Source: Botryllus schlosseri
Lineage: Eukaryota
Assembly: GCA_051294905.1 (NCBI GenBank)
Contig: CM119371.1
Location: 9,116,001 to 9,180,000 of the forward strand
Length of the DNA: 64,000 nucleotides
Direction of reading: 5' to 3'
Shown here: positions 61,861 through 64,000 of the stretch, in pieces
Numbering within the stretch: position 1 is the first letter of the stretch
Layout: the number at the start of each line of letters is the position of its first letter
Position numbers and translations under genes: made by a program
Notes under the pieces: model-generated
Seen by the model: only the letters and a program-made list of their open reading frames with translations
What the model was told of the DNA's origin: nothing
Databases searched by the model: none

Positions 61861-64000
61861 GTAATTTCATTGCTTGCAACGTGCGGTCGAATATTTTAGA
61901 TTTAGTACACTTCGGTTCTACTCACTTGTGGCCGAATTCAGTGGAAAATAGATTGTTCTTTCCATGGGCACGCGTAAAGGTAGACAACGCATTAGAATAT
62001 ACTATTGTATTATAAATGAATTGCGGCTGCGCTATACTGCAGTGACTGGCAGTGATTGCATTTTACGATGTTTCGGTGCGAAACGATCCAATGAAAACTG
62101 TGTTACTCTGAAAAATACACATGCCGGATTAAAATAGTACTGTAATTTTTCCCCAATTCAGTACTAAGCCATGCAGAAAGGACTCAATCTGCATATTTTC
62201 AATTGTCGGAAGTACGCCACAATACAGTATAAATTACCAGCAAAAAGCTTTTAGCTGGACAAAACATCATTGACGGAAAAGCTAACTACGCTAACTGAAA
62301 GCTAAATCCACAAAACACAATTCTTCGGAGGGATCATCATCGTATACTCGAAGTTCTCCTCTTTTCTTTGGCCGTGACCCAATTTCCAGTTTGAAAATGT
62401 TCTGTGGCCCACCTCTTATCTTAGAGTAAAAGTCCTGTTCAATTCGTGGTAATCGAAGGCGCTGACATGCCTATTTTTTCTGAAATGTGCGCATTTTTTC
62501 TTTCTGGCCATATTTAAATGTAGACCTGTTGGGACATGAAATCGCGCGAAGCACGGTGAACATTTTCAAGTTTCATGAACGCCCAATGAAATAATTTTGG
62601 ACCCCTTAGAGCTCCCCCGATTGGGGTTTGGGTGCGGGAGTTACGGCCCTGGCAGATCGTAGGCTATAACTCTTGTGTACATTAGGATCGTCCGCTGCCC
62701 CACTCGCGTCGCGAAACACAATGATTTAGTCGCCCCATCCACTGTGTCATTAGGGTTTTAGTTCTACTATATATTGAGGGGAATATTAAAGTCATTCTAG
62801 GCAAGCTTCAAACAATGCTTTAGTGAATGGGGTACTACAAGAAAGTGGAGAAAGAATTTTTATTATGCAAGCTGCACAATGATCATTGTATGTCTTGCAC
62901 CTACTGAAGTCGCGATGTCAGAACATTTAATCCAATAATACAATCAGTTCTTGTGTACAATTATGTACGCGAGATGTGGTACCGATGAGACAATGGGACC
63001 GAAAATACTTGAAACATTCTCTGTGATAATTTCATGATCACAGTACGCGAATTTGTCTACAATTGCATGGTGGCAGAATCTTTCCTCGCAAGCAAAAAAC
63101 TTCGACCTGCGTGAGGTATGGGGCCTGTGACAGATGATTTATGTTTTGGGGGGTGTAAAATAAAATTGGATCGACGTATACATTTTTCTATATCACCTTC
63201 CACACTAACAAATCAGCCATAATTTTCAATGTGAAGTGTAGAGCTTGTATCAGGGTATATATTGCCACTTTTTTAAAATCCAATACCATCCCCGAGTGAA
63301 CTATTTTCAATTCAATTACAATATTTATATGGTGGTGGGGGGGGGGCTATGGTACCATAGCCAAATCAAGTAAATAGTAGGACCAACTAATCACTTAACT
63401 ACAAAAATACGCCTACATATATAGAGGCTGCAAATCAGAGTTACCTGTGGTGTTTTATCGCTATAACGAGGTATTTGAAAGTCAAAATGTCGTTTTACGG
63501 GTAATATGTATGTGTCATTAATTTTGTTAGTTTGGGCGTAAATCGATACGTGATTTTACGCCAACATTTGAGATGATATAATCTTTTTTTTTCTTGAAGG
63601 TAGCGACGAGACATTCTTCAATGGCTTGCTGTAGCTTAGATTATATTACCCCACAAAACAAGATGAAAAATTTGAGTTTCTGAGCGTATGTCGCATAGGT
63701 CCCATGGTCGTGCGCCTTTGGACCCACCGGGTGGGGACCGATGATACATTCGAGCAACAAATTTTGAACATTCATAAATATTTTTAAAAAGGCTGATATT
63801 CATGTAAATGTCCGCGATAGATAGAGCTTGGATCAAAGTGTTAAGCCAGCAAAAGATCTGCTATTCTCGGCTGAAGATTTGAGGGCCAGAGATCATTTTG
63901 ATATTTTTGATCCGTCGGTACCACATCTCGCCTACAATAATTTCAAAGCCGTTCATTTTAAACTGACTCCGAAGATTAATGCGGAGCGCAAATTATTCAA

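Overview
AT-rich, intron- and transposon-rich animal DNA; the repeat content and domain types suggest an invertebrate, plausibly a tunicate (inference only). The ORF track is mostly uninformative because the real genes are split into 74-222 nt exons. Reading GT-AG sites and exon phases by hand gives two tandem, same-strand paralogues of a secreted or cell-surface mosaic protein: signal peptide - FN3 - cysteine-rich three-finger (Ly6/uPAR-like) domain - six-cysteine sushi/CCP repeats - calcium-binding EGF. Gene B (33729..>61860) has 17 exons, at least 840 codons, 9 sushi plus 1 EGF, and is open at the 3' end. Gene A (1412..11696) has 9 exons and 3 sushi; homology to B then stops near a Penelope fragment, and two out-of-phase orphan sushi exons follow. 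Amino-acid-changing differences between the paralogues far outnumber silent ones while cysteines and splice sites are retained, which suggests diversifying selection on a recognition protein. The remainder is nested mobile elements: hAT MITEs with 8-bp TSDs, a fold-back hAT-like element, a Chapaev3-like relic, Gypsy and LINE relics, two SINEs, a Penelope element with a variant hammerhead ribozyme, and a LINE ORF1 fused to the 5' part of a tRNA-Phe.
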